The notes beneath the pieces are model-generated. The model was not told the DNA's origin and searched no databases. It saw only the letters and a list, made by a program, of their open reading frames with translations. From Thermodesulfobacteriota bacterium (GTDB lineage: Bacteria; Desulfobacterota; Desulfobulbia; Desulfobulbales; SURF-16): DNA of 64,000 bases. Location of the stretch: NCBI GenBank assembly GCA_040755455.1, contig JBFMAY010000001.1, positions 256,001-320,000 on the forward strand. Reading direction: 5' to 3'. The translations under genes and the position numbers were made by a program. Positions 26,538-36,606 of this stretch are shown in pieces (positions within the stretch are counted from its first letter, which is position 1; each line of letters opens with the position of its first letter).

Positions 26538-27539
26538 ATGGCCAATCTCTATCTGACCGAACAGAATTCCATCCTCCGCAAGACCGGGGACCGGCTCATC
26601 GTGCAGAAAAACGATGAAACCCTGCTTGACGTGCAATGCCACAAGATCGAGGCGGTGCTCATCTTCGGCAATGTCCAGTTCACCACCCAGGTGGTGCACG
26701 AGCTGTTTGAGCACGGCATCGAGATGGCCATCCTGACCCGGACCGGCAGGCTCATCGGCCAGATCACCTCGCCCTTCACCAAAAATATCGCCCTGCGCAT
26801 CGAGCAGTTCCGCAAATACGAGGATGAAGGTTTCCGGACCAGGATTTCCAGGGAGATCGTGGCCGGCAAGATCGGCAACTGCCTGCATATCCTGCGCAAT
26901 TTTTCCTACAACCACCCGGATACCGATCTTGGCGAGACGGCCGCGGGCATGAAGGCGAAGCTCGCGGCGGTTGCCGGGGCGACGGACATCGAGCAGCTGA
27001 TGGGCATAGAAGGGGATGCGGCCAGGACTTATTTCCAGGGCTTCGGCCGGATGGTGCTGGGGGATTTCGGCTTTCCGGGCAGGAGAAAACGGCCGCCGAC
27101 CGATCCGGTCAATGCCATGCTGTCCCTCAGCTATACCATGATCTTCAATGAGATAGCGTCCCTGCTGGATGGCCTGGGCTTTGATCCCTATCTCGGCTAT
27201 TTCCACAGTGTCGCCTATGGCCGGCAGTCGCTGGCCGCCGATCTCATGGAGGAGTTCCGCGCTCCGGTGGCCGACCGGCTGACCCTGCGGCTGGTGAATG
27301 ACCGGATCTTTTCCCCGGATGATTTCCGGGAAAACCCTGGCGGCGAGGGGGTGTATTTCAAGCGGGAGGCGATGAAGCGCTATTTCGCCGAGTACGAGAA
27401 AATGATTACCAGCCCATTCACCTTGAGTGAAACCGGGGAGCAGACGACCCTGCGCAAATGTTTCCGCCGGCAGGCGGAGAAGATGGCGAACGTCATCCGG
27501 GACGGCGTGGTTTACCAGCCGTTCAGCCTGGAGGGGTAG
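26538..27539 (+). CDS. cas1: CRISPR-associated integrase Cas1
   Basis: LYLTEQ, LMGIEGDAARTYF, RPPTDPVNAMLSLSY, GFDPYLGYFH, SLAADLMEEFR. Confidence 0.97.
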   Translation: MANLYLTEQNSILRKTGDRLIVQKNDETLLDVQCHKIEAVLIFGNVQFTTQVVHELFEHGIEMAILTRTGRLIGQITSPFTKNIALRIEQFRKYEDEGFRTRISREIVAGKIGNCLHILRNFSYNHPDTDLGETAAGMKAKLAAVAGATDIEQLMGIEGDAARTYFQGFGRMVLGDFGFPGRRKRPPTDPVNAMLSLSYTMIFNEIASLLDGLGFDPYLGYFHSVAYGRQSLAADLMEEFRAPVADRLTLRLVNDRIFSPDDFRENPGGEGVYFKREAMKRYFAEYEKMITSPFTLSETGEQTTLRKCFRRQAEKMANVIRDGVVYQPFSLEG

Positions 27540-27541
27540 GG

Positions 27542-27817
27542 ATGCTCTATCTGGTTTCCTACGATATACCCGACGACCGGCGGCGGACAAAGCTGGCCAA
27601 GGCCCTCAAGGATTTCGGCGACCGGGTGCAGTTCAGCGTCTTTGAGTGTCTGCTTGATGCGGACCTGCTGGCAAAGATGACGGAGCGGATCGGGGCGGTC
27701 ATCGCCGAGGAGGAGGACAGTGTGCGGATTTATTCCCTGTGCGCCGGCTGCGAAAGGGCCATCGCCATCATCGGCCAGGGAGAGGTGACGAAAAACGAGG
27801 ATGTCTATATCCTGTGA
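27542..27817 (+). CDS. cas2: CRISPR-associated Cas2
   Basis: YLVSYDIPDDRRR, RVQFSVFEC, DSVRIY. Confidence 0.97.
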   Translation: MLYLVSYDIPDDRRRTKLAKALKDFGDRVQFSVFECLLDADLLAKMTERIGAVIAEEEDSVRIYSLCAGCERAIAIIGQGEVTKNEDVYIL

Positions 27818-27841
27818 AGGCGGGTTGCTTGGCCTGGCCCG

Positions 27842-29191
27842 CTAGCAAGGGCAAACTTCTGGAGCGGCGGCCGGCCCGTTTTTCCGCAGGACGAAGAGAT
27901 TGCCGGGAATCCACCGCTGCTTTTCCATGCGGATGCCGTGGTCGCGGCTGGCCGCCACGGTAAAGCCATTGGCCGCGGCCAGCCGGTGGATGTAGGCCAT
28001 GGACTGGGCGTAGCGGCCGGAGCTGCGCAGCTGGTGATCATCCGCGTCATCCGCCCGTTCGATGGAAAAGACAAGGGCGGCGGCCGGGGCGGCGCAGCGG
28101 CTGACGGCGGCGAAGATCTGCTCAAGCCGGCCCACATAGATGAACACGTCGGCGGCGATGAAGAGGCCGAACTGCTCCGGGCAGCCCTGCAGGAAGGCGG
28201 TGATGTCCTGGCGGATGAGCCGGTCGTAGATGTTTTTTCCCTTGGCACGGGCCAGCATGTTGGCGGACAGATCGATGCCGGTGAGATCATCGGCCAGGTC
28301 CCGGAACGGCCGGCCGGACAGGCCGGTGCCGCAGCCGAGGTCAATGGCCCGGCCGAAGCGGCAGCCATTGCCCAGCGTTTCCCGCAGGAGCTGGCTGAGG
28401 GCCGCGGGCACGGTGTAGTGCAGTTTGCCTTCGAGATGGGCATCAAAGCCCGCGGCATAGAGATCAAAGGTGTTTTCCACATACTGCGGGGGCGCGGTTT
28501 CCGTGGTGGCGCCGGTGAAGGCGGCCAGCATGTGCCGGGCTGCGGCATGGTCCGGATCGAGTTCAAGGAGCTGGCGCAGGCATCGGGCCGCCGCCTCGTT
28601 GTTCTCCTCGCTGCCGTAAATGCCGGCCAGGTTGTACAGGGTGTTGACCTCCGCCGGCTGCAGGGCCAGGGCCTTTTGCAGGCAGTCGATGGCCGCCGCG
28701 TTGTTCCCCTGTCTGCTGTAAATGACGCCGAGGTTGTTCAAGGCCAGCGGGTAGCGCGGTTCAAGCTGCAGGGCCTGCTTGACCGACGCCTCCGCCTCGG
28801 CGAGCAGCCCCTGCAGGCAGAGGACCTTGCCCAGGTTGCTCAGGGCCTTGGCGTTGGCCGGCTGCAGTGTGAGCACCCGGCGGAAGCAGGATACGGCCTT
28901 GTCCAGTTCGCCGGTGGCCTCATGCACCGCCCCCAGATTAAGGAGCAGCATGGGGTTTTCCGGGTCGCGCTCCAGGGCCTTGCGGCAGCACTGCTCCGCC
29001 TCCTGGTGGCGCTGCTGGTCCCGGTAGAGAATGGCCAGGTTGCCCAGCACCATGGGGTTGTCCGGCAGGGCCGCCAGGATAAGGAGATATTTTTCCTCGG
29101 CCTGGGCCAGTTGCCCGTGCTGGTGCAGCCGCACCCCTTCCATGAACAGGCTCTGCAGGTCGGCTCCGCCGCCGTCATCCTTCATGGTCAT
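27842..29191 (-). CDS. TPR-repeat SAM-dependent methyltransferase
   Basis: Multiple TPRs, then FDLYAAGFD, IDLGCGTG, GIDLSANML, AADVFIY, SGRYAQ. Confidence 0.9.
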   Translation of the reverse strand: MTMKDDGGGADLQSLFMEGVRLHQHGQLAQAEEKYLLILAALPDNPMVLGNLAILYRDQQRHQEAEQCCRKALERDPENPMLLLNLGAVHEATGELDKAVSCFRRVLTLQPANAKALSNLGKVLCLQGLLAEAEASVKQALQLEPRYPLALNNLGVIYSRQGNNAAAIDCLQKALALQPAEVNTLYNLAGIYGSEENNEAAARCLRQLLELDPDHAAARHMLAAFTGATTETAPPQYVENTFDLYAAGFDAHLEGKLHYTVPAALSQLLRETLGNGCRFGRAIDLGCGTGLSGRPFRDLADDLTGIDLSANMLARAKGKNIYDRLIRQDITAFLQGCPEQFGLFIAADVFIYVGRLEQIFAAVSRCAAPAAALVFSIERADDADDHQLRSSGRYAQSMAYIHRLAAANGFTVAASRDHGIRMEKQRWIPGNLFVLRKNGPAAAPEVCPC

Positions 29192-29432
29192 CGCCCCGTA
29201 ATATCGTTACTTTTTTTAACAAATTCTTGCAGTTATGAACTATTTCCATGGCCTTTTGCCTGTTTTGATGGTAAATATATAGTTCACGCTCAGAGGTTTG
29301 ACAATTTTTTTAGGTCAAATATTGGAAAAAAAAGCAGGCTTTGCGGTCATGCCAAAAAGGCTGTCTTTTTTAACTTGAGTATTTTCAGGGATATCCTTGT
29401 GAAATGCTCTTTAAGCCATTGGTGGATTGCCC

Positions 29433-31532
29433 ATGTTAGATTCCTTGCTCTCTCCGAAAAGTGTGGCGGTTATCGGTGCCTCCCGGACACCGGGAAAGGT
29501 CGGCCATGATATCCTGGCAAATTTGATAAGCGGCGGTTTCGACGGGCCGATTGTGCCGGTCAACCCCTCGGCCGACGAGGTTCTTGGCCTGCAATGTTAT
29601 CCCACGCTGCAGAAGTACGGCAAGCAGGTGGAGCTCAGCGTCATCGTCGTGCCCCGCAGCCATGTGGAAGACGCCGTGCGGGATTCCCTCGACGCCGGCT
29701 GCGGCGCCATCATCGTCATTTCCGCGGGCTTCAAGGAGACCGGTGAAGAGGGGGCGGCGCTGGAGAAAAAAATCGCCTCCCTGTGCCAGAGCCGCAATGT
29801 GCGCATGCTGGGACCAAACTGCCTGGGACTCATCAATACGGAGAGCAAACTCAACGCCTCCTTTGCCGGGCTCATGCCCGGCAGCGGCGGGGTGGCGGTG
29901 ATTTCCCAGTCAGGGGCGCTCTGCACCGCCATTCTCGATCAGGCGGCCGGCCGCCGCATGGGGCTTTCCAAGGTGGTCAGCATCGGCAACAAGGCTGACC
30001 TGTCCGAGGTGGATCTGCTGCGCGCCCTGGCCCGGGACGGTCAGACCAAGGTCATCGCCGGTTATCTGGAAGATATCAGTTCCGGTGACAATTTCGTCAA
30101 GGCGGCCGAGGAGGCCTCGTCCTTCAAGCCGGTTGTTATCCTGAAATCCGGCACCACCACCGCCGGGCTGCGGGCCGCCGCTTCCCATACCGGTGTGCTG
30201 GCCGGCGCGGATATAGCCTACGGCGCCGCCTTCAAACGTTCCGGCGTCATCCGGGCCGACACCTTTCAGGAGCTGTTTGATTTTGTCACCGCCTTTTCCA
30301 TGCAGCCCCTGCCCAAGGGCAAACGGGTGCTGATCATCACCAATGCAGGCGGCCCCGGCACCATGGTGGCTGATGCGGTGGAAAAGGCGGGGCTCGAGGT
30401 GATCAGCCTCAACCTCGCCATCGCCGACTCCCTGCGGCGCAAGCTGCCCAGCGCCGCCAGCACCGGCAATCCCATCGACGTGCTGGGCGATGCCGACCCC
30501 GAGCGTTATGTGGCGGCCATCGAGGCGGCCCAGAATGATGAAGGGGTGGACGCCATTATCGTCATCCTCACTCCCCAGGCCATGACCAGGCCGGCGGAAA
30601 CGGCCAGGGCCATTGCCGCCAAGCTGAATGGCCAGAAGCCGGTGCTGGCCTCCTTCATGGGCGGCAAGGGCGTCATGCCCGGCCGGGACGAGCTGGGCGA
30701 GGCGGGCCTGCCGGAATATGATTCGCCGGAGCGGGCCGTTGAGGCGCTCAAGGCCATGTATGAATATGCCTCCTGGAAACAGCGGCCGCCCCGGGTGGTG
30801 ACCCGCTTTCCGGTGAACCGGCGGCGGGCGGAGCGCATCATTACCCGCCACCAGCGCACCGGCCGCCTCCATCTCGGCGAGGTGAAGGCCAAGAGCATTC
30901 TGGACGCCTATGGCTTCCGCATTCCTGACGGCAAACTCGCCTCCAGTTCCGATGAGGCCATCGAGATCGCTAAAAGGGTGGGCTTTCCGGCCGCCATGAA
31001 GATCGTTTCCCCGGATATCGTGCACAAGACCGACTTGGGGGGGGTGCAGCTCAATCTCGCCTCGGCCAGCAAGGTGCGGGATGCCTATGATCTGATGATG
31101 CTGCGTATCAGGGAAAAGGCGCCGGACGCCAGGATTGAGGGTGTTTACGTGGAGAAGATGGTGGACACCGGCCTGGAGGTGATCATCGGCATGAGCCGCG
31201 ATCCCCAGTTCGGCCCCATGCTGATGTTCGGTCTGGGCGGTATTTTTGTCGAGGTCATGAAGGATGTCACCTTTCATCTGGCCCCCATCACCTCGGAAGA
31301 GGCGGTGCAGATGCTGCTGGCCACCCGCTCCTATGAAATTCTCAAGGGCAAGCGGGGCCAGAAGGGGGTTGATCTGGAGGCCATCGCCAACGGGCTGCAG
31401 CGGATCAGCCAGCTGACCACCGATTTCCCCGAGATTCAGGAACTTGATATCAATCCCTTCATTGTCGGCGAGATCGGCGGCACGGCGGTTGTCGCCGATG
31501 CCCGCATGACCTTGCGGCCTCTTTCGGCCTAG
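29433..31532 (+). CDS. acetate/acyl-CoA ligase (ADP-forming), fused alpha-beta
   Basis: VAVIGAS, GPNCLG, SQSGAL, ASHTG, NAGGPG, NPIDVLGDA, HKTDLGGV, ELDINP. Confidence 0.93.
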   Translation: MLDSLLSPKSVAVIGASRTPGKVGHDILANLISGGFDGPIVPVNPSADEVLGLQCYPTLQKYGKQVELSVIVVPRSHVEDAVRDSLDAGCGAIIVISAGFKETGEEGAALEKKIASLCQSRNVRMLGPNCLGLINTESKLNASFAGLMPGSGGVAVISQSGALCTAILDQAAGRRMGLSKVVSIGNKADLSEVDLLRALARDGQTKVIAGYLEDISSGDNFVKAAEEASSFKPVVILKSGTTTAGLRAAASHTGVLAGADIAYGAAFKRSGVIRADTFQELFDFVTAFSMQPLPKGKRVLIITNAGGPGTMVADAVEKAGLEVISLNLAIADSLRRKLPSAASTGNPIDVLGDADPERYVAAIEAAQNDEGVDAIIVILTPQAMTRPAETARAIAAKLNGQKPVLASFMGGKGVMPGRDELGEAGLPEYDSPERAVEALKAMYEYASWKQRPPRVVTRFPVNRRRAERIITRHQRTGRLHLGEVKAKSILDAYGFRIPDGKLASSSDEAIEIAKRVGFPAAMKIVSPDIVHKTDLGGVQLNLASASKVRDAYDLMMLRIREKAPDARIEGVYVEKMVDTGLEVIIGMSRDPQFGPMLMFGLGGIFVEVMKDVTFHLAPITSEEAVQMLLATRSYEILKGKRGQKGVDLEAIANGLQRISQLTTDFPEIQELDINPFIVGEIGGTAVVADARMTLRPLSA

Positions 31533-31598
31533 CGTTGCTTTGGCAGGTGCAGGGTGGTTTCCATTGAATAGCCCCATTGTTAAATTGAGGTTGAATAT

Positions 31599-33494
31599 AT
31601 GAAGCAGCCAGTAAAAGTAGAGTTCGATCCGCATTGGCAGGAAAAATACGAGGACATGATTGCCACTCCCAGGAAGGCCCTGGCCCATGTCAAAAACGGG
31701 CAGCGGGTTTTCATCGGCACCGGCTGCGGCGAGCCCCAGCTGCTGGTGGATGCGCTGACCAAAAGGGCCGGGGAGCTGGCGGATGTGGAGATCGTCCATC
31801 TGCTGACCAAGGGCGATGCCCCGTATGCCAGTCCCAAGCTGGCCGACAGTTTCACGGTGAACAGTTTTTTCATCGGCCAGAATGTGCGCGGCCTGATTCA
31901 GGAGGGGCTGGGCAGTTACACCCCCATGCTGCTCTCCGATATCCCGCTGCTGTTCAAGGCCGGCCAGCTGCCTCTTGATGTGGTGCTGGTGCAGGTGAGT
32001 GAGCCGAATATCCTGGGCAAGGTGAGCCTGGGCATCTCGGTGGATATCGTCAAAAGCGCGGCGGAAAACGGCTCGCTGGTCATTGCCCAGGTGAACAAAC
32101 AGATGCCCTGGACCTTCGGCGATTCCCTGCTTGACATCAATGACCTGGACATCCTGGTGCCGGCCGATATCCCGCTCATCGAGAGGGTGTCCAAGCCCAT
32201 GCATGAGGTGTCGAAAAAGATCGCCAAGCTCGTCGCCTCGCTGGTGGAGGACGGGTCAACCGTCCAGTTCGGACTGGGCCGCGTGCCGGGCATCGGCCGC
32301 ATCCCGGCGGCCTGCATGCACTACCTCAAGGACAAGAAGGATCTCGGCATCCACACGGAGATGATCACCGATGCCACCATTGAACTCATCGAGTCAGGGG
32401 CGGTGACCGGGGTCAGAAAGACCATGGACCAGGGCAAGATCGTCACCAGTTTCTGCATGGGCACCAAGAAGCTGTATGACCTGGTCAATCAGAATCCTCT
32501 TTTTTCATTCAAACCGACGGAATATGTCAATGACAGCTATATCATCAGCTGCCAGCGGAAGATGGTTTCCATCAACATGGCCCTGGAAATTGACCTGACC
32601 GGCCAGGTCTGCGCCGACAGCGAGGGGGAGAAATTTTATTCCGGCATCGGCGGCCAGGTTGACTTTAACCGGGGCGCGGCCCGTTCCAAGAACGGCAAGG
32701 CCATCATCGTTCTGCCCGCCACCGATGAGAAGGCGGGAAAATCCCGCATCGTCTGCCGGTTGAGCCGGGGGGCCGGGGTGGTCACCACCAGGGGCGAGGT
32801 GCACTACGTGGTCACCGAATATGGCATCGCCTATCTGCACGGCAAGAATATCGAGGAGAGGACCCTGGCGCTCATCAGCATCGCCCACCCGGACTTCAGG
32901 GAAAAGCTGCTCAACGAGGCCATAGAGGCCAGGTATATCCGCCAGGACTTTGCCTCGTTCGGCGACAAGATGGTGGTCGCCTCGGACGAGATGAAGACTT
33001 CCCTGCTGCTTGACGACGGCACCCTCATTACTTTCCGGCCGATCCATCCCACCGATGAGCCGAGCATGCGGGATCTTCTCTACGCCCTCTCCCAGGAGAC
33101 CCTCTATTACCGTTTCATGAGTAAAAGCAGCCGGTTCGGCCATACGCAGATCAAGAACTTTGTTTACATCGATCACCGCAAGGACGTGGCCATTGTCGCA
33201 ACCCTGCCGGCCGCCCATGGGGAAGAGATGATCGCCGTGGGACGTTACTATCTTGATGAGCGGACCAACCGGGCCGAGGCGGCCTTTATCGTCCGCGATG
33301 AGTGGCAGAACCGGGGGATCGGCTCCTTTCTTTTCCGCCATTTGATCACCATTGCCAAACGAAGCGGTATTTCCGGTTTCACCGCGGAGGTGTTGGGGGA
33401 AAACAAGAGGATGCAGTCGATTTTTAATAAATCCGGCTACAAGGTGCAGAGTCATCTGGAGGAAGGGGTGTACAGCTTCAGGATCGATTTCTGA
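31599..33494 (+). CDS. acetyl-CoA hydrolase/transferase fused to a GNAT acetyltransferase
   Basis: DLGIHTEM, EIDLTGQVCAD, SGIGGQVDF, YVVTEYGIA; C-terminal LSQETLYYRF..WQNRGIG. Confidence 0.92.
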   Translation: MKQPVKVEFDPHWQEKYEDMIATPRKALAHVKNGQRVFIGTGCGEPQLLVDALTKRAGELADVEIVHLLTKGDAPYASPKLADSFTVNSFFIGQNVRGLIQEGLGSYTPMLLSDIPLLFKAGQLPLDVVLVQVSEPNILGKVSLGISVDIVKSAAENGSLVIAQVNKQMPWTFGDSLLDINDLDILVPADIPLIERVSKPMHEVSKKIAKLVASLVEDGSTVQFGLGRVPGIGRIPAACMHYLKDKKDLGIHTEMITDATIELIESGAVTGVRKTMDQGKIVTSFCMGTKKLYDLVNQNPLFSFKPTEYVNDSYIISCQRKMVSINMALEIDLTGQVCADSEGEKFYSGIGGQVDFNRGAARSKNGKAIIVLPATDEKAGKSRIVCRLSRGAGVVTTRGEVHYVVTEYGIAYLHGKNIEERTLALISIAHPDFREKLLNEAIEARYIRQDFASFGDKMVVASDEMKTSLLLDDGTLITFRPIHPTDEPSMRDLLYALSQETLYYRFMSKSSRFGHTQIKNFVYIDHRKDVAIVATLPAAHGEEMIAVGRYYLDERTNRAEAAFIVRDEWQNRGIGSFLFRHLITIAKRSGISGFTAEVLGENKRMQSIFNKSGYKVQSHLEEGVYSFRIDF

Positions 33495-33495
33495 A

Positions 33496-33547
33496 AGAAG
33501 GCAAAAGGCCGGAACAAGGAGTCTTTCATTCTTGCCTTTTGCCTTCT
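33496..33547. terminator. inverted repeat between convergent genes
   Basis: 14-bp arms AGAAGGCAAAAGGC / GCCTTTTGCCTTCT. Confidence 0.6.
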
Positions 33548-33581
33548 CTTCTAACGGCCTGACCGGCCGCCGTCATTACGC

Positions 33582-33806
33582 TCAGGAGAAACCTCCCTTG
33601 GAGACGCAGCCGCCCAGGGGCTTGCCGATGGGCGCCGGGCCGGACGACCCGCCAAGGCGGTAACTTGACGCCGAGATGGTTTTCACCACATTCCTGCTGC
33701 CGCACTGGGGGCATTGAACCTCATCCAGCGCGGCTGCCGAGCTGGAGGTCAGCAGGGCTTCAAAGGGTTTGTTGCACTGCTGGCAACGGAATTCATAAAG
33801 TGGCAT
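33582..33806 (-). CDS. FmdB family zinc-ribbon protein
   Basis: MPLYEFRCQQC..FE..CPQCGS. Confidence 0.9.
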   Translation of the reverse strand: MPLYEFRCQQCNKPFEALLTSSSAAALDEVQCPQCGSRNVVKTISASSYRLGGSSGPAPIGKPLGGCVSKGGFS

Positions 33807-34037
33807 GTTTTTTCTCCTTCATTATTGTAAAATAGGGTTTCCGTGTCATAATGTTGTCAAGGTTACTCTGGCGGCCCTGTGCAGGGCTTGCTGCGGCCGA
33901 CGTCCCTTTTCAAGGGATTATCTTTTCCTGTTCAGATTCAATCAGCTTGTTACTGCCGGCAAAGTGTTTAAGTATATTCTTAAATATATGACAGCATGCG
34001 GCAGTTGTCCAGTAAAATTTCAAGGAACTAACTGTAT

Positions 34038-34763
34038 ATGAATTTCCAGGCCCACTTAAAAAATATGCTCGACATGATGAAGGAAGAGTTTGTTGTCTTC
34101 TTTGTCGGCGGATGCCTAGTGCAGCTGCTCATATCCCTCACGCTGGGCATATTGTCCGGCCCGCTCATGGGCGGCTATCTGCTGGCCATGATCCGGTGGC
34201 TGGAGACGGGCAAGCGAAGCGAGTTTAATGACCTTTTTGCCGGCATGAAACGTTTTGGCGAGCTTTTCCCTGTTTTTTTCATGATGCTGCTGATTCTGCT
34301 GGGGTATTTTCTGGTAATGGCGCCGGGTATTCTCATGACCGTCTGGTGGCTCTATGTGTTGCCTCTCATGGCGCATCAGGGGCTGTCCATGGGCGCGGCC
34401 ATGAGGTCCAGTAAAGGGAAGGTCGGCGAAAAGGGTTTTTTCATGCACCTGGTCTTTCTGCTGCTGATTTCCATGGTGCCGGTGTTCATTATCTATATGG
34501 CGGCAGCGATCGTGCCGCCGCTGGCCGCCCTGCAGTACTTCCTTTTTCCCCTGCAGTGCGCCTGTCTGGCAAGTCTTTATCTGGAACAGTTTACCGAATT
34601 TGATCCGGAAAAACGTGGGAAAGCGTCAGCCGATGTCCAGGGCTTTTCCGCGCCTGCTGAACCGCCTTGTCCGCCACCAGTGCCAGACCAGAACCGTCAG
34701 GGCCGCACCGGCCGTGTCGGCGGCAATGTCCAGCCAGCTTGGGAAGCGGCCGGGAATGAATGA
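34038..34763 (+). CDS. integral membrane protein
   Basis: Several hydrophobic segments, GPLMGG motif, Pro-rich tail. Confidence 0.75.
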   Translation: MNFQAHLKNMLDMMKEEFVVFFVGGCLVQLLISLTLGILSGPLMGGYLLAMIRWLETGKRSEFNDLFAGMKRFGELFPVFFMMLLILLGYFLVMAPGILMTVWWLYVLPLMAHQGLSMGAAMRSSKGKVGEKGFFMHLVFLLLISMVPVFIIYMAAAIVPPLAALQYFLFPLQCACLASLYLEQFTEFDPEKRGKASADVQGFSAPAEPPCPPPVPDQNRQGRTGRVGGNVQPAWEAAGNE

Positions 34764-35015
34764 TTGGTGGAATTCGTCCGTCAGCCCGTAGAAAAAACAG
34801 AAAAAGACCGTCGCCATGCCTATCCGCCAGGATTTTTGCTCCCCTGCCGCGGGCTGCATGCCGTAGAGGCAGCTTGCCGCGAGGGTGCCGTAGGCAATGG
34901 CGTGCAACACCTTGTCCAGGCCGCTGATGGTGGAGGGAAGATCCTGGCCCGGGGTGTGGGACAGAAAGAAGATGATGGCCATGACAAGGGTCATGGGCAG
35001 AAATCTGATGATCAT
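34626..35015 (-). CDS. VanZ family protein
   Basis: DKVLHAIAY, YGLTDEFHQSFIPGR, DIAAD. Confidence 0.9.
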   Translation of the reverse strand: MIIRFLPMTLVMAIIFFLSHTPGQDLPSTISGLDKVLHAIAYGTLAASCLYGMQPAAGEQKSWRIGMATVFFCFFYGLTDEFHQSFIPGRFPSWLDIAADTAGAALTVLVWHWWRTRRFSRRGKALDIG

Positions 35016-35031
35016 GACAAATTATCCCGGT

Positions 35032-36606
35032 TTATTTTGCGCCATTGCCGTTGGCGCTTTTTTCCCCGCGGTCATCCCAGGGGAAAAAAACCTTGATGGT
35101 AGCCCCCTGCCCCGGTGCGCTGCTGATGGTGATGAATCCCCCATGTCCTTTGACAATGCCCAGCACGGCTGACATGCCCAGGCCCCGGCCGGGAAATTTC
35201 GTGGTGAAAAAGGGATCGAAGAGTTTTGCCTTTGTTTCCTCATCCATGCCGCAACCGGTGTCGGTTATGGCAAAGAATGTGTAGAGGCCCGGGGCAAGGT
35301 GCTCGGGCAGGCCGTTTTTGTCGAGAAAATCCTGATCGCATTGGCCAGAGCCGGTGGCGATGGTGATGTCGCCGTTCATGTTGCCGATGGACTCGGAGGC
35401 GTTGATGACAAGATTGATCATGATCTGCCGTAGCTGGTTTTTATCAGCTTGAATAGCCGGCACATTTTCCGCGAATTGATAGATGAGCCGCGCTTTTTTC
35501 GAGACGGAGATCTGCAGCAGATGCTCCATGTCCCTGATCAGCTTATTGACATCAACCATGGTCGGCTTGAAAGGGGCCTTGCCGGCGTAAGTCAGCATCT
35601 GTTTGCACAGATCGGCGGCCCGGCGGGAGGCTTTCATGATGGCCAGGATATTGTCGCGCACCGGTGCGTCAGGCAGCTCGAGCAGGGCAAGGTCGGCATT
35701 GCCCATGATGGCCATGAGCAGGTTGTTGAAGTCGTGGGCGATACCGCCGGCCAGCACCCCGAGACTTTCGAGTTTCTGCACATGCTGTATCTGCAGGGCA
35801 AGCTTCTTTTTTTCTTCCTCGGCCTCTTTTTCCTTGGTCAGGTCATCGTAGATGACCACAATCTCATCGGTGTCGAGTTTGTACACATCATACTGTTTCC
35901 AGCCGGATGAGTGGTTGCCGGTATGGAAGGCGGCCGGGTGGTGCCGGGGGCTGCCTGTCTGACAGACCTGCTGCATGGTGGTGAAAAGACCTGCAGCAGC
36001 CATCGAGGGGAAGAGCTCCGGCAGCCGGCGGCCAATGGCTTCTTCCTTGGTGATCCTTTCAAACCTTTCTGCCGCCCGGTTGATGTCGACCAGCACGAAA
36101 TCATCACCTCTGTGGCCTGGCCGGCAGACCATGACCCCGCTTTTCATGTGGGAGAACAGTTCCCGGTAGCGTTTTTCCTGCTGGAGGAGTTTTTTGTCCG
36201 CCTCCTTGCGGGCCGTGATCTCCCGGACGGTCTCGATAACGGCGCTGATATTGCCGGCCTTGTCCTTCAGGGGTGAGGCGGTGATTTCAAAATAGCGCAG
36301 GTAGCCACCGGCCGGCACCTCCCGTTCGGAGCCGTGGATTTCCCCGTCCGTGAAAGAACGGGCCACCGGGCAGCCGGGGCAGACCGTGTCGTTTTGTTCG
36401 TAGGCCTGGTAGCACTGCTTGCCGCAATGTTTTCCCATCATGCCGATATGGGCCCGGTTCTGATAGAGAATGGTGAAGTTCTTGTCCTGGATGCTGATGC
36501 CGTCCCCGACGGCGGCCAGCAGTGCCTCGAATTGTTCGGCGGCAACATTGGCCGCCAGCAGGGCATTGGCAAGGTCAGAGTTTTCCGTATCCAGCGTGGC
36601 GGCCAT
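35032..36606 (-). CDS. PAS-PAS sensor histidine kinase
   Basis: GGIAHDFNN, NLVINASE, DTGCGM, FFTTKFPGRGLG. Confidence 0.93.
   Translation of the reverse strand: MAATLDTENSDLANALLAANVAAEQFEALLAAVGDGISIQDKNFTILYQNRAHIGMMGKHCGKQCYQAYEQNDTVCPGCPVARSFTDGEIHGSEREVPAGGYLRYFEITASPLKDKAGNISAVIETVREITARKEADKKLLQQEKRYRELFSHMKSGVMVCRPGHRGDDFVLVDINRAAERFERITKEEAIGRRLPELFPSMAAAGLFTTMQQVCQTGSPRHHPAAFHTGNHSSGWKQYDVYKLDTDEIVVIYDDLTKEKEAEEEKKKLALQIQHVQKLESLGVLAGGIAHDFNNLLMAIMGNADLALLELPDAPVRDNILAIMKASRRAADLCKQMLTYAGKAPFKPTMVDVNKLIRDMEHLLQISVSKKARLIYQFAENVPAIQADKNQLRQIMINLVINASESIGNMNGDITIATGSGQCDQDFLDKNGLPEHLAPGLYTFFAITDTGCGMDEETKAKLFDPFFTTKFPGRGLGMSAVLGIVKGHGGFITISSAPGQGATIKVFFPWDDRGEKSANGNGAK

Noticed and set aside
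29910..32204. Long antisense ORFs (also 3454-4950, 7145-8644, 26310-27590, 27938-29509, 41128-42270)
   Set aside because: Shadows of GC-rich or repetitive genes on the opposite strand, with no recognisable motifs
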